DNA from: Hydrolagus affinis
Taxonomy: Eukaryota
Reading direction: 5' to 3'
Length of the DNA: 54,764 nucleotides
Assembly: GCA_012026655.1 (NCBI GenBank)
Contig: JAAILG010002410.1
Coordinates: forward strand, 1-54,764
The translations under genes were made by a program, and so were the position numbers. Under the pieces are notes generated by a model. It was given only the letters and a program-made list of their open reading frames with translations. It searched no databases and was not told the DNA's origin. Numbering within the stretch: position 1 is the first letter of the stretch; the number at the start of each line of letters is the position of its first letter. Of this stretch, positions 24,901 through 36,900 are shown in pieces.

Positions 24901-27900
24901 AGTTCCTAAGCCAATTGGCTGTGCAGTATTGCAGGACCATTGCTGATGACGGCACAACCAGCCTGGTTCATTGGCAGGGCTTGGAAGGACAAACCAGTCA
25001 TTGGGGGCAGGAATTATTTGCACTCAGTTCCTGTTTTAAACGTGTCAGCCAAAGCTCTAACTGCTAGGTTGATTCCAACTGGACAAGTAGCGGGAAAGGG
25101 TTTATTGTGTTCATCCAGTTTCACCTGAACAAGATCAAAAAGACTTGTTTGTTAACTGTAACCAAGAATCTAAAGGGGCAACATTTGAAGCTTTCAGTGG
25201 ACATGAGGCTCTCAGGGAGATTACACACTCATCAGCCTTATTCTTTAAATACAGAACAAACTTTGTTGATCTTTTATCTGATCACCACTAGGTGACACCA
25301 CAGGCTGGAGTGGGCCTGTCACATCACATGTGATATGGAAACAAAAGGAAAAACTCAGTAAAGAGGATGTTAGGAATACCCAAACAAAAGTTCTTAAACC
25401 TTTGCTTCCCCTTCTCCATTTGCCATATCCTAGCGGGAGTCACACTGGTTGTGAAACCCTTTTCCTTTTGTGATTGGCCAGTCTGTGATATCATGAAGTA
25501 GTGAATCTCAAATCTAAATGAGCTTAATCTGTCCTGAAGGCATTGCCTCTCCGGCCTCTTCTTCAGCTACAACGTTCCAGACAAACCGTGGCAAAATACT
25601 TTTTCAAGTGGCCAATTACTTGGACAGTGAGAGGAGAAACAGGGTGAGATGGAAGTGAAGCCTGGGTTCTCAGCTCCGTGAAGCAAGTGCCTGCAACAGG
25701 ACAATGTTCCTTGAATCTAAGGGACAGGGTTTTTTTTATTAGAAATGATCTCCACAGTCGATGGAAGTGAAGTTCATTTTTCCTTCCCAAACTCTCTAAA
25801 TCTGCCTGTTTTAGATCAAGTGTATTCATTATACAGTTACTAGACTCCACTGTGATCCTTTGAGACGTTTTGATGACATGCTACGGTCTTGTATCAAATT
25901 CAAGGATTATTATTATGACAGACCAGCCAGCCTGGCTCAGCAGAGTATGCAGGGATACTGACTAGGGCAGAGAATCTTCAAGCTCATCTGTTAACCCTGT
26001 TTACACAAGCTTAAAGGATAATGTGGTTCCATATGGAAAATCAGGGGGGCAAGCTTGCTGGATGGACAATACTCTTAGTGGCAAGTTTCTTCCGATATCC
26101 TGATCAACAATTTGGGGGAGAAAAAAGCACTGCATGGCTTTTTGCTAGGCAAAAATTGGCTGCTGCGTTCAACTACAAGATACATAGTCGCACCACTTCA
26201 CAGCAAAATCTTATGGAGCATTTTGAAACGTCTCAATAATGCGATAAGATAGTGTATCAAATGCATGGATTATTATAAGGGAGAAAGACATTTGGTGGAT
26301 GGTTTGGGTTGAGTCACAGCACCACTTGTGGCTTTAATTCACCTGTCCCAGCTCTTGAGTCATTAGCAATTAGCCATGGAGGTGGGAGTTCTTGGCTAAT
26401 GTAGTGACTCACCTTTGAAATGAACGTGAAAGGTTTTGCTTCAGCTTTTTATGAGCCAAGAATGGAGACATTAGCAGCCCTGCCTGTCAACTCAGGCAGT
26501 GGGCGGAGATGGCTGAATGTATTCAGGACCTGTTTTAATATTATTGTTTTAATACTTTTGCTCCCACAGAATTTTACATTAGAGTTTCACTTTGAGCCAA
26601 ATGAATATTTCACAAACTCTGTATTAATCAAAACCTACAAGATGAAGTCTGAACCGGATCAGTTGGACCCGTTCTCCTTCGAAGGGCCAGAGATAGTTGA
26701 CTTTGTGGGGTAAGTGGATCTTGGGACCACGTTGCTGTCCTGTTGGGGTTAACATTCACAGTGAGCAAGCGGGGAGCCAGCTGCTGCTGCTGGTGTACAC
26801 ACCATCTCGTGGACGCCCACATCACCTTCTGGTGCAGGTGGGCTGATGTGAACCTTCTATTCTACCTCAGTCTCTGTTTCGCGTGCTGGCAGTATGTGCT
26901 GGACTGCCTGAACCTTGAATTCTCTTAAGTTTGTGGCTGAAATGCTGATGTCCGTCAGCCTGGATGTTAATTGTCTTTGACACCATAGTTCACACAAGTG
27001 TGGATTTTTGATATCACATCTTTCTTCCCTCCTTTACCAACCACATGCAGCCAGCCAGTTGCCAACATGGGAGGGGGTGACATAGGTTCCTACTTTCTGC
27101 ACTGTTCGTAACCTGTTGCTTGTGTATTTCTGGCATCGGGTTCCATTCCAGTGCTACACTAAAACCTAACTAAGACCTAACCATAGGCTGTAGGCTGCCC
27201 CATAGCCTGGTCTCGGCACAGTTAGGAACATGATGTATCCTGATGGATCTTATACCTGGGTGGGGCTTGTAATATTGTTTCCTTCACAGTCTGAGAGGAT
27301 TGTTAAATACAGTAAAAGCCTGTTTATCCGGCACCCTCAGGATCTGGCCAATGCCGGTTAAAGCGCGTGCTGGATATTCGGCCGAAAATGCCCCAAAATA
27401 TAATTTGTTATAAAATGCATTTTTGCAGATAAATTCTGGTTAATCGAATGCAGACCTTTTTTTTGCAGTGCTAGTTATACGTAAGTTATGGTTGATTGGG
27501 TCATGGATAAACAGACTTTTACTGTACTGTATTTTTCATTAGTTGTATATATGGAGACTCAGGGTAAATACCACATGTTTATAATGTGAGGCGGATTGAT
27601 GGCAGCACCTCAGAATATGTGTGAGATTATCTGTGTGTGTGTGTGTGTGTGTGCAGGTCAGGGCAGATATGGGGCTACGTTTATCTCAGTCCCTGGTGTC
27701 TGCACCTCTCTCACACTGGGTGAGCCCCCGCACAGGGACTTCACTCAGTATTGATCACTGTTTGGGATGTATGTAGTGCAGGATAGTGGAAGTATTTTGT
27801 AGAAGTGGAGGAGATTGTCTGGGCTGTTGATTTGAGTGTCTACCCCGATGCTATGGGAAGGTGTGAGCAGAGGTGAGCTGCCACTCTGTGTTGCTTGTGA

Positions 27901-30900
27901 TGGAACCACTAACATGCCTATTGATCTGTGGCTGGGAGCAGCGGTGACCAGGAAGCCGTTAGTAGAGGGAGACGGTGTGAGAATGCGTGCTGCAACTTGA
28001 AGGGAAGGAATTTTTGGTGTGATGATACAACCTTGTGCTCACTACAGTGCTTTATTCAGTGATGTAGCACCCGGATACCACACTCTGTTCCCTCACTGCT
28101 GTGCACACAGGGATTGTTTGGGCAATTTTACCACAAGATAAATTGTGTTGGCATAAATTCTGCACTTGTGGTAACTCCAGACATTTTTACTGAATTGGAG
28201 AACTGTTCATTTTTAAAAAAAAAAGAATCAGCAGCTGGGATCAGTGGCAGAGGGGCTTCACTACAACACCCCTCCTTAGCCAGGATCTGCTGCTTCCCCA
28301 GCTGGGGGCAAGGATCAGCACAGCCAGAAGGCATGTGGTGGGGACGGGGTATGGTGGGGGTGGATGTGAGGGTTTGGGGGCAGGGTGCGGTGGAATGTGG
28401 GGGGGAGCAGCGGACGTCCTGTGCTTTATTTAATTAAAGGGAGAATGTGTAGTGTGGTTGAAACTTGAGATTCACCATAACTCAGGCCCTGGCGGGCTTA
28501 TCGAGCCATTTGCTACAGGGTCACTAAGCAGCTGATCTCTCCTGTATCCACCAGGTGCACCATCGATTGGAAGAAAGGAAAGAATGTGACGATGAAAAAC
28601 ATCAAAAAGAAACAGAAGCACAAGGGCCGGGGCACTGTACGAACCATCACCAAACAAGTTCCCAATGATTCCTTCTTCAACTTCTTTAACCCAGTCAGAG
28701 GTGAGCAGACATCCAGGGACCAACCTCCATTGTAAACCCAGGAGTGTGTTTAACATGAGCCGGGCTTTGTGGCAGCAATCACTTGCACTCCGACACTGAC
28801 CTGTGATGACCTGCTGGGGCCTGTCAGCTAAAGATTCTAACAACAATAACAACTTGTCATTACATGGCACTGTTCATGTGAGGTAGCATGACGGGGCGTT
28901 TAACAGTGATGGGTGGGGAACGCAGGGTTGTAGGCACAGTTGAAGAGGAAGCTATGATCTGAAGACTGGCAAGGAGAGAGCAAGAGGGTTAGTACTGAGT
29001 TATCAGATGGCAATGATATCTCAATGTGATGCTATAGTCCTGTGGGCTTCTGCTTTTCTCTGTGTGTGTGTGTTGGGGGTGGGGGAGGTGTCAAGTCATG
29101 TGCGCTGCTTGCTGCCACACTGCCCCTTCCTGTCTCACATGTCTTCTCGTACTGCAGTAATGAATGTGAAGATTTGCACACTCCCAGTGGCCTTTGCCAG
29201 TTGCTGAATGAAGCCAGTTAAACATTGACTGATCATTTCCTGTTTCATGTTATCTATCGATAGTCAGCACCATAAAACTGTTAGATAGTGACTAACTACA
29301 GTAAAAGCCTGTTTATCCGGCACCCGCAGGACCTGGCCAATGCTGGTTAAAGCGCCTGCCAGATATTCAGGCAGCCGGTGGCCGAAAACCCACCACCCAA
29401 AAAATTAAAGTTCTTTTAACACACACCAGACTAAATAACAACACATAATAACAGAATATTGTATTGGTACTTATTGTTAAAACAACTCTCTTGCGCTTCT
29501 CACCTTTACTGATTGAGGTTTACAGTTCAGTGATTTTTTTAAATGGAGGATGCCAAGCGGATGAAAAAAAACGCAGCGCGATTTTAAAGTCTCACGACTA
29601 CTAGCGGCAAGCCGATAGCCCTAGACTACTAGCGGCAAACCGAAATACTGCACCTGCACGACAATGTGGGTTATCGGCTAGCATTATCGGCTTGCTGCTA
29701 CTATGGCTTTAAAGTCACGCTCCGTTTTTTCACCCGCTTGGCATGCTCCATTTTAAAAAGAATCGCTGGACTATAAACCTGAACCGCAGCATCATGGCTT
29801 GAAGCACAGCACCTACTAGTAAAGGTGAGAAGCGCAAGAGAGTAGTTTTAACAATAAGTACTAATACAAAATTCTGTTATGTTATTTATGCATTTACAAA
29901 TGGTCCACTGCTATTGTTCCAGATAAGTTCCGATTTATCGAATGGGGGCTGTTGTTTTGGCGTGCCGGTTCGTCGATTCACGGATAAGTGGGCTTCTACT
30001 GTAGATAGGTAGTTGAACTTCATATTCAACTCCATGACCCAGAGAGTTACATTTTGGGACTAGAACACTATCTGGCGCAGCACTTGGTGTACAGCTCACA
30101 CAGTGTATTTAGTAATAATAATAATCCTTGCATTTGATACAGTGCCTTATCACATCTTTAAGATGTCTCAAAGCGTTTCACAGGTTATATTGTAAAATGA
30201 ATTCACAGGATATTTGGGGGGCAAAATGCAACAGCGAATTATGCACAGCCACAAACGGTCATGGATTGAAATGACCGATTTCTTTTCCTATGTTACAACA
30301 GGAGGAGGCCACTTAGCCCCTCAAGCCGGTTTTGCCATTTTCTTAGATCATGGTGATCTGTATCTCAACTCCAATAAACCACCTTTATTCCATACCCTTA
30401 CCTAAATAAAATCTATCTATCTCGGTCTTGAAAATGGGAAAGGATCCAGCATCCACAGCCTTTTGAGGCGGGAGTTCAAGATTTCCACTAGTCAATGAGT
30501 GACAAAATGCTTTGTGATTTCACTCCTAAATGGCCTGGTTCTAATTTTAAGATTATATTCCTTGCTCAAGATTTTCCCCCACCAAAGGAAGTAGTATCTC
30601 CATAGCTACCTATTGAGTCCCTTTATCATTATTAAACACTTCAACCTTCAGTTATCAGACATCCAGTGAGCAGCCAACTCTCCATACTTTAGGCACCCAG
30701 GCTGCACAGCTATTTTGCTTGGATTAAATGACTTGAGGAGGCGTTCCGAGGTCCAGCCAGTGGCTGTTTCCCTTCTTCATATTCATAAAACCCTGGTAGT
30801 TGGTGAGCCCAGGCTGGCAATGGGGTGTTGGCAAGGTTTGGGGAGGAGAATCTTTTGTGGGGAGGAAATACATTTAAATACAAGGAAATTAATAGCTGAT

Positions 30901-33900
30901 TACTTCCCTATTTGGGGTTGTGGAGTCTTGTGTGATTTAGTGATGCGGTAAAACAACCTCACCATTTCCTCTGGTCGTAAACTGGGTGTTGTCTGTCTGC
31001 ATATTCCTTTGCTATCCCCCCTTCCCAAAGCCCACATGATCCCATACCTTAAACTGGATGGAATTCCCACGAGTGATTGTGGAATTGGGTGTGAACTTTG
31101 AGTGCTGGGAGTGCTGAGTGCTGGTGAGGCAGAATAAAGGCAGCTTGTCCTTGCTGCAGCTGATTTAGAGAGTGAGTGGTCAGCGGTCTCACTGATAATT
31201 TCTCTTACCCAACTCTGCCTTGGGGTTATGCTACAAGCTATGTGTGTATTGGATAAAATTATGCTCTCTTCATGGTCAATGGAGTTTTGAGGTTAATTAA
31301 TTAAGGAATTAGTGTCGAGTTGTGTGCGAATGTGCAGTTACTGGAAATAGGTGCTGTCCAATGAGTCATTGATAAAAGGCAGTTTGCTCATCGAACATGT
31401 CTTAGTGCTTGGGCATGTTTCACTCGCTGAGCTGCAACAACCTGGAAATTTACCTTTGAATTGTGACTAAGGCTCCAGAGCCCCACCTATACTCATTGAA
31501 TGTAAATTTGCAAGTGATTCAATCCACTGTGAAATCAGGTGCTTTCCGAGTCTAGCCATTTCTAAGCACTGAGACCCTTTCGGCTCCAGTGAGCTGTGGC
31601 GAGCAGAGTTCAGATTGTTCTGTTAAAGTCATGGTCATGAGGTAGAGTGTTACTGACCCGTCAGGAACTGTTGAATTGAGCAATCGGAATTTGTCAATGG
31701 TAGGGCGAGTCCTAAGGATATAAATTATCTAAGGTAGGGCAGCATGGTGTGAGGCAGAAAGGCTTGTGAGGTATTGCCACACAATAGCCTGGAATTGTAA
31801 GCGGCGTGTTGATTATTCATGTGATTTGACATGGATTATGCGCTATGAGATACTGTCCGGCGTGGAGGGTGCTATATGAATCGAAGTTGTTGTTGAATCT
31901 CCACATAGAACATAAAGAATACATCCCAGTCTTCTCTGTACATAGCACTGAGCTAGGACCCACACTTGCCACTGTGATAGGGAAGCTATATTTTGTGGAG
32001 TGTAGATTTTTGGCTGTGTTTGATTAGTTAGTTATTTAGACAAGTTTAAAAGCGCTTTCAGGTCTGATGTAGAAGAGAGCATGATCCTGGAATGCTCTGA
32101 AGTGCTTCAGGTTTTAAGGTGTATGACAACTGTTGTAATTAAACTGTTAAAGAGAATTTCCCGAAGAACAGGAAAGTGAAGTATTTTGTACGTAGGTCTC
32201 CATGCTATGCCTGAGCTGCTAACAGCACTCTGTATGTGAAGGCAGCAGGTATGTGCAGAACACCCCTCCCAGCACCTTTTATTCATACTTTGCATTGTTC
32301 AGATAGTACTCTTGTTACATTGGTTCCTGTTTCATTCATCTCCTCTTCCTGTTACATACCTGCAGATCAGTAGCTCTCATTGTATAAAAAAAAATATTTT
32401 TATTTGAAGTTAGGCCAATGAGGGTTGTCCCTGCAGACAAGCCCCAATCCCCCACAAACTCCTTTAGGCCCCAAATTGTCAAAGCACACCTCAGACCTGA
32501 CGCACATCTTCACAACCACCTCATTGTTCATTTTACTGGAGCGGAGCGAGCTGTGTAGAGGCGAACTTTGCATTGAGATGCTGATGGCCTCTGGCTTCAG
32601 TAGTCTGTTCCCTATCCATGTATGACAGACCACAAATGAACACAAACACCCAGGTTTCAGATTAACATGGTGCGACTTCAGTTATCCATACTGTGTGCTC
32701 TCTCTCTCTCACTGAGTCAGGCAAGTACCTCCAGGCACTCGGAGTGGAGTATTCATTACCTGGTAGGTACAGAGAATGGGTTACTTTTCAAAGATCTGAT
32801 TAGTTTGAAGTGAATGAATACTCAGATAGATTGCAGCCTAATCCCCCCAGAGACCAGTGATTGTTATTGATGAAGGAGTTGGATGTATGTGCTTAAAGAG
32901 CCTGGAGTTTGCCTTCCCATCCACCCACCCACTCACTCAAACAACATATGCAGCATATGGAGCCTGGGATCTGTGTTAACGATGCTTCCTGACTTGAAAA
33001 GTCTAATCTGGTGGTAATGGCAGCCTGGTGGGTGAGAGTTCAAATTCATGTGGATTCTGAGCTTCTGTTCCATTTACTGCAAGTTTATACCAAATGTCCC
33101 ATTTCAGCCCGCTAGGTAATCTTGTCCTTTTATTTATATAGGCTCAATTAACACCCGGGATATAACTTTCTTGGTCTGGTCTGTTTGTGGTTCACACCCA
33201 CTGAGAAACGGTATAGCTGTCTTTAAGAATTTAATATGATGTTCTGATCTCTGCCCTAGCAACGTGGAGTTGAATGAGAAGCAAGTGGAATTTGAGCAGT
33301 CAAAACGCTCCCATTTGTTATAATAGAAAGGAATGCAGTCAACCCACTAATTATCAAAGAACATTTGGGAAATGAAATGAATACTTTGAACTGGGCGTGT
33401 ATGTTTAACATGCCTATAATTAGCCATAAATCCCCCAGTAGCTGCCAACAGGAAGCAACAGTGTTTCTATCTTTCACTGTGTGTTCACCAGTACGTGCGG
33501 TCACATTTGCAGCCGTTGCTGGCCTCTGAGGCCTCAGATGACAAGTGTGGCTCTGCATTAAGATTTGACCTGATTGAGATTAAAGTAGTCAGTAAAAACT
33601 GGGGCACCTCTGGGTATCAGTTAGCTAAGTCATGAGAGGCTGTGTCCACACTGGCGAGAGGGGCCACAGTGAAATCATTCTAAGTGGATTTGTTATAGTG
33701 AAACATCTTCTAACAGGACTGCACTATATAACACCATCACCAACTGTACAGTGAGGGGCATGGACTCAGTGTATTAGGGGAACAAGCAGATATGATATTA
33801 CCCAGAGAGCGATGAACACTACAGATGGAACCCAAAATTTGATGAAGGTGTGAATTGAGGTTGTGGTTTTCTTATGGTAGAGCTACTTGTAGCACAAGAG

Positions 33901-36900
33901 ATGTTAAACCGATGTGATGTTGAGCACGTTGAGCAGTCTGCTAATTTGGTATAAGCTCCAGATTCTAGAACGTTTAGGAGCAGAGTGTCTACAGGCAGTG
34001 ATGGTCCTTTCCCTCCAACTTACCTCATTTCATGGTAAACTTGTTCCCTTTCCCTGTTACCATGACATTTACATTTCTGTTTAGTTGTTTTCACTGTATT
34101 GTTCCCATCGAATTGTTTTTCAGGCGAAGTGCATTCTTTGCCATTTGTATCTTCATTTGAACCCAGCTACAAAAACAACTTTGATTTATATAGTGCCCTC
34201 CACGCCAAACAGCATCTCAGAGCGCTTCACAATAGTGGATCCCGGGACCAAGGCAGGGGTAGAAAGGTGACCAAAGGCGCGATCGAAAAGAAAGGTCTTC
34301 AGCTGGGACCTGAAACTGAGAAAAGAGATGGCAAGATGAAGGTAGTGAGGAAGGGAATTCCAGAGCCTCGGAGCATAGTGGAAAGGCCCGGCCACTGAGG
34401 GTGGAGCGGAGGATTCGGGGGACATGGAGGAGGCCAAACCCAGTGGAGCAAAGGCAATGGGAGCTGGTTTGAGGAGAGAGGAAATCAGAGAAGTAGAGGG
34501 ATTTGAAAACAAGGGTGAGAATCTTGAAGCTGATCCTCTTGGGGATAGGGAGCCAGTGAAGTCTGGCAAGGACTGGGGTAATGGGGGAGCGAAGTTTGGT
34601 GCGGGTGAGTATGCGGGCGGCAGAGTTTTGGATGAGTTGGATTTTATGGATTGTGGTGGAGGGGAGACCGCCGAGGAGTGCATTTGAATAGTCCAGCCAT
34701 GAGGTAACGAAGGCGTGGAATAGGGTCTCAGCGGCTTTTGGGGTGAGGTATTGCCGGTATTGTAGCTACTAATTGAATTTGCTCCTGTGTATTGCCCATG
34801 ACCACTTTGAGTGAAAAATGCCATCACAAACTCTTGTGTATCAGCCTGGCTCAATGGTAGTGCTCACACCTCTCAATCAAAACACTGTGGGACTTGCAAT
34901 CGCGTAGTCGAAGATGGCACTCCAACACAGTGGCTTCAACCTTCATATGAGACTATAAACCAAGGTGTACTGTTTGCTTGGTCATATGGATGTTAGAGAT
35001 CCCATTGTCTATTGGAAAAGCGAAGGGAGTTTCTCCTGGCCCACCCAAATAAAATTGATCACTTCAGGCTGTTTGTGGAACATTGTTGTGTGCAAACTGG
35101 CTGCTGCTTTTCAACTGCAAAATTATACAGCCAATCCACTTTACAGTGTATCCTGTGAAGCGTTTTGAGACGTCTCTACAACATAAGACATTATATCAAA
35201 TGCAAGGATTATTATCATTGGAGCCATTTTCCCACAGCTTATTTGTTTGCTGATGAAGTTTGGAATGAAAACTCCATTAGTGTCTGATTTTACACCAGCG
35301 CTGCTCACCCCAGCCAGCGCCAGGGAACACACAGGTGGAAAACTATGCTCAACATGTTTGTAATGCAGACCAAGAAAATAACAGCTGCTTTTCAAAAGAT
35401 CAAAAGCATAAAACCCTGACTCCAAACATGACCGTTATTGCTACGACACAATTTCGCTAGCACCTAACTCCCGTATACTCTGGCTCCACACCTTTCCTCT
35501 TGTTACCTGTCACTGACCTGTACAGCTATTTTAATTTCAATTTCCACCTCCTACAGGTTGTCTTTTTCATCTCCTACAGAAAGAATTGACGTTCTCTTAT
35601 CTTTTCTTCTTTAGTTTACGGAGATGGTGAGGCAGAAATGGTGAGTTACACTAATGGGTACATGCGGGAGGGAGGATTATCCTAGCAATTTGCTTTAGAT
35701 ACCTGTCGGTGTTTTATTTTGGTGACCGAGTAAATATCTTGGGAAATTAAGTTGAGGAACTTCCCCTGAACGTCTTTCTGGCTGTCCTTGGGAGGTGCGT
35801 CCTGTTCTCAGACCACCCTGGTTACTGGCTGTGAGGAGGTGTGAGTGGTGCAGAGCAGAGCACCCCGTTACTGGAGCTGAACAGCTGATCTCAGTGATTG
35901 TTTCCCACCAGTTAGTGCCTGACCACATTTGTGGCATTGGATAATATCGAGTATCAGGTCACTTCTGGATAAATGTGTTGAGTGACGCTGTTGAGTTTTC
36001 CAAAGCAGGTGTAAACAGCGACTGAGGCACCATCCAGCCCATATCCAGAGTAAGGATATCCCACAATGACTGATCGGTACCTTGCTATTCTTTGGGTTCA
36101 GGTAGTTAACATTGTGACCCGCCAGCAATGTGTGGTCTGTAGGATTGGATTTTAAATACCTCCTTGTTGAGTAAAAGTATGTTTATGCCTTATGTTATCG
36201 TCACAGTAGCGTTTGATGTGCCACATTTTGCTATGTAGCATAGCAAGTTTATTCCAATGAATTAGAGCTCTTGTGTAGACTGTGCATCAGCCTATGGTAA
36301 AGCTGGATGGAAAAGCAGTGAATGCCAGTGATGGTTTTAATTCCACAGTACATCATAAAAATATTTAGTGAATTTATGTAAATATTTTGAGACAGATATT
36401 GGTTGACAAGAATTAATGAAAGTATGGGAACAAAATGTTGCTGAATCTGATAAGGAGCCAAGCCCAGCAACTTTGAGTGCTTCACTGTGTCTGAGCTCCC
36501 AGTAGAGATGCAGGCCTGGCTATCAGGAACTGGGTGACGTGTACAGATAGCCTTTCAATGTGTACCCTATCCCCTCACTGTTAGTGTGTATGGTATTCCA
36601 TCATTACCCTGTGTGAAAGGTGCTAAATAAATGCAAGTTGTTGTTAGTATGTACACTTTCCCCTCGCTGTTTACAGACTCAACATGCATCCTAAAGTTAT
36701 TTATAACAATAGAAAGACTAACTGTGCTATTGGCATACATCACAGTAACCAAGCACAAGTCCCTAATAAGGATTTGATGTTTTAAAGTGCTTCGTGTTTT
36801 CTCTATCCATAACTTTTGACCAAACTTAGTGTTTGGGGTTCACATTTTGATGGTTGCTAAGAATTCTTTCATTGCACATTTCCCTAACAATTAAAGCACA

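Noticed and set aside
34186-34854. 222-aa minus-strand ORF as a novel gene
   Set aside because: It is a frameshifted L2 LINE ORF2 remnant; most of the ORF is out of frame relative to the LINE protein
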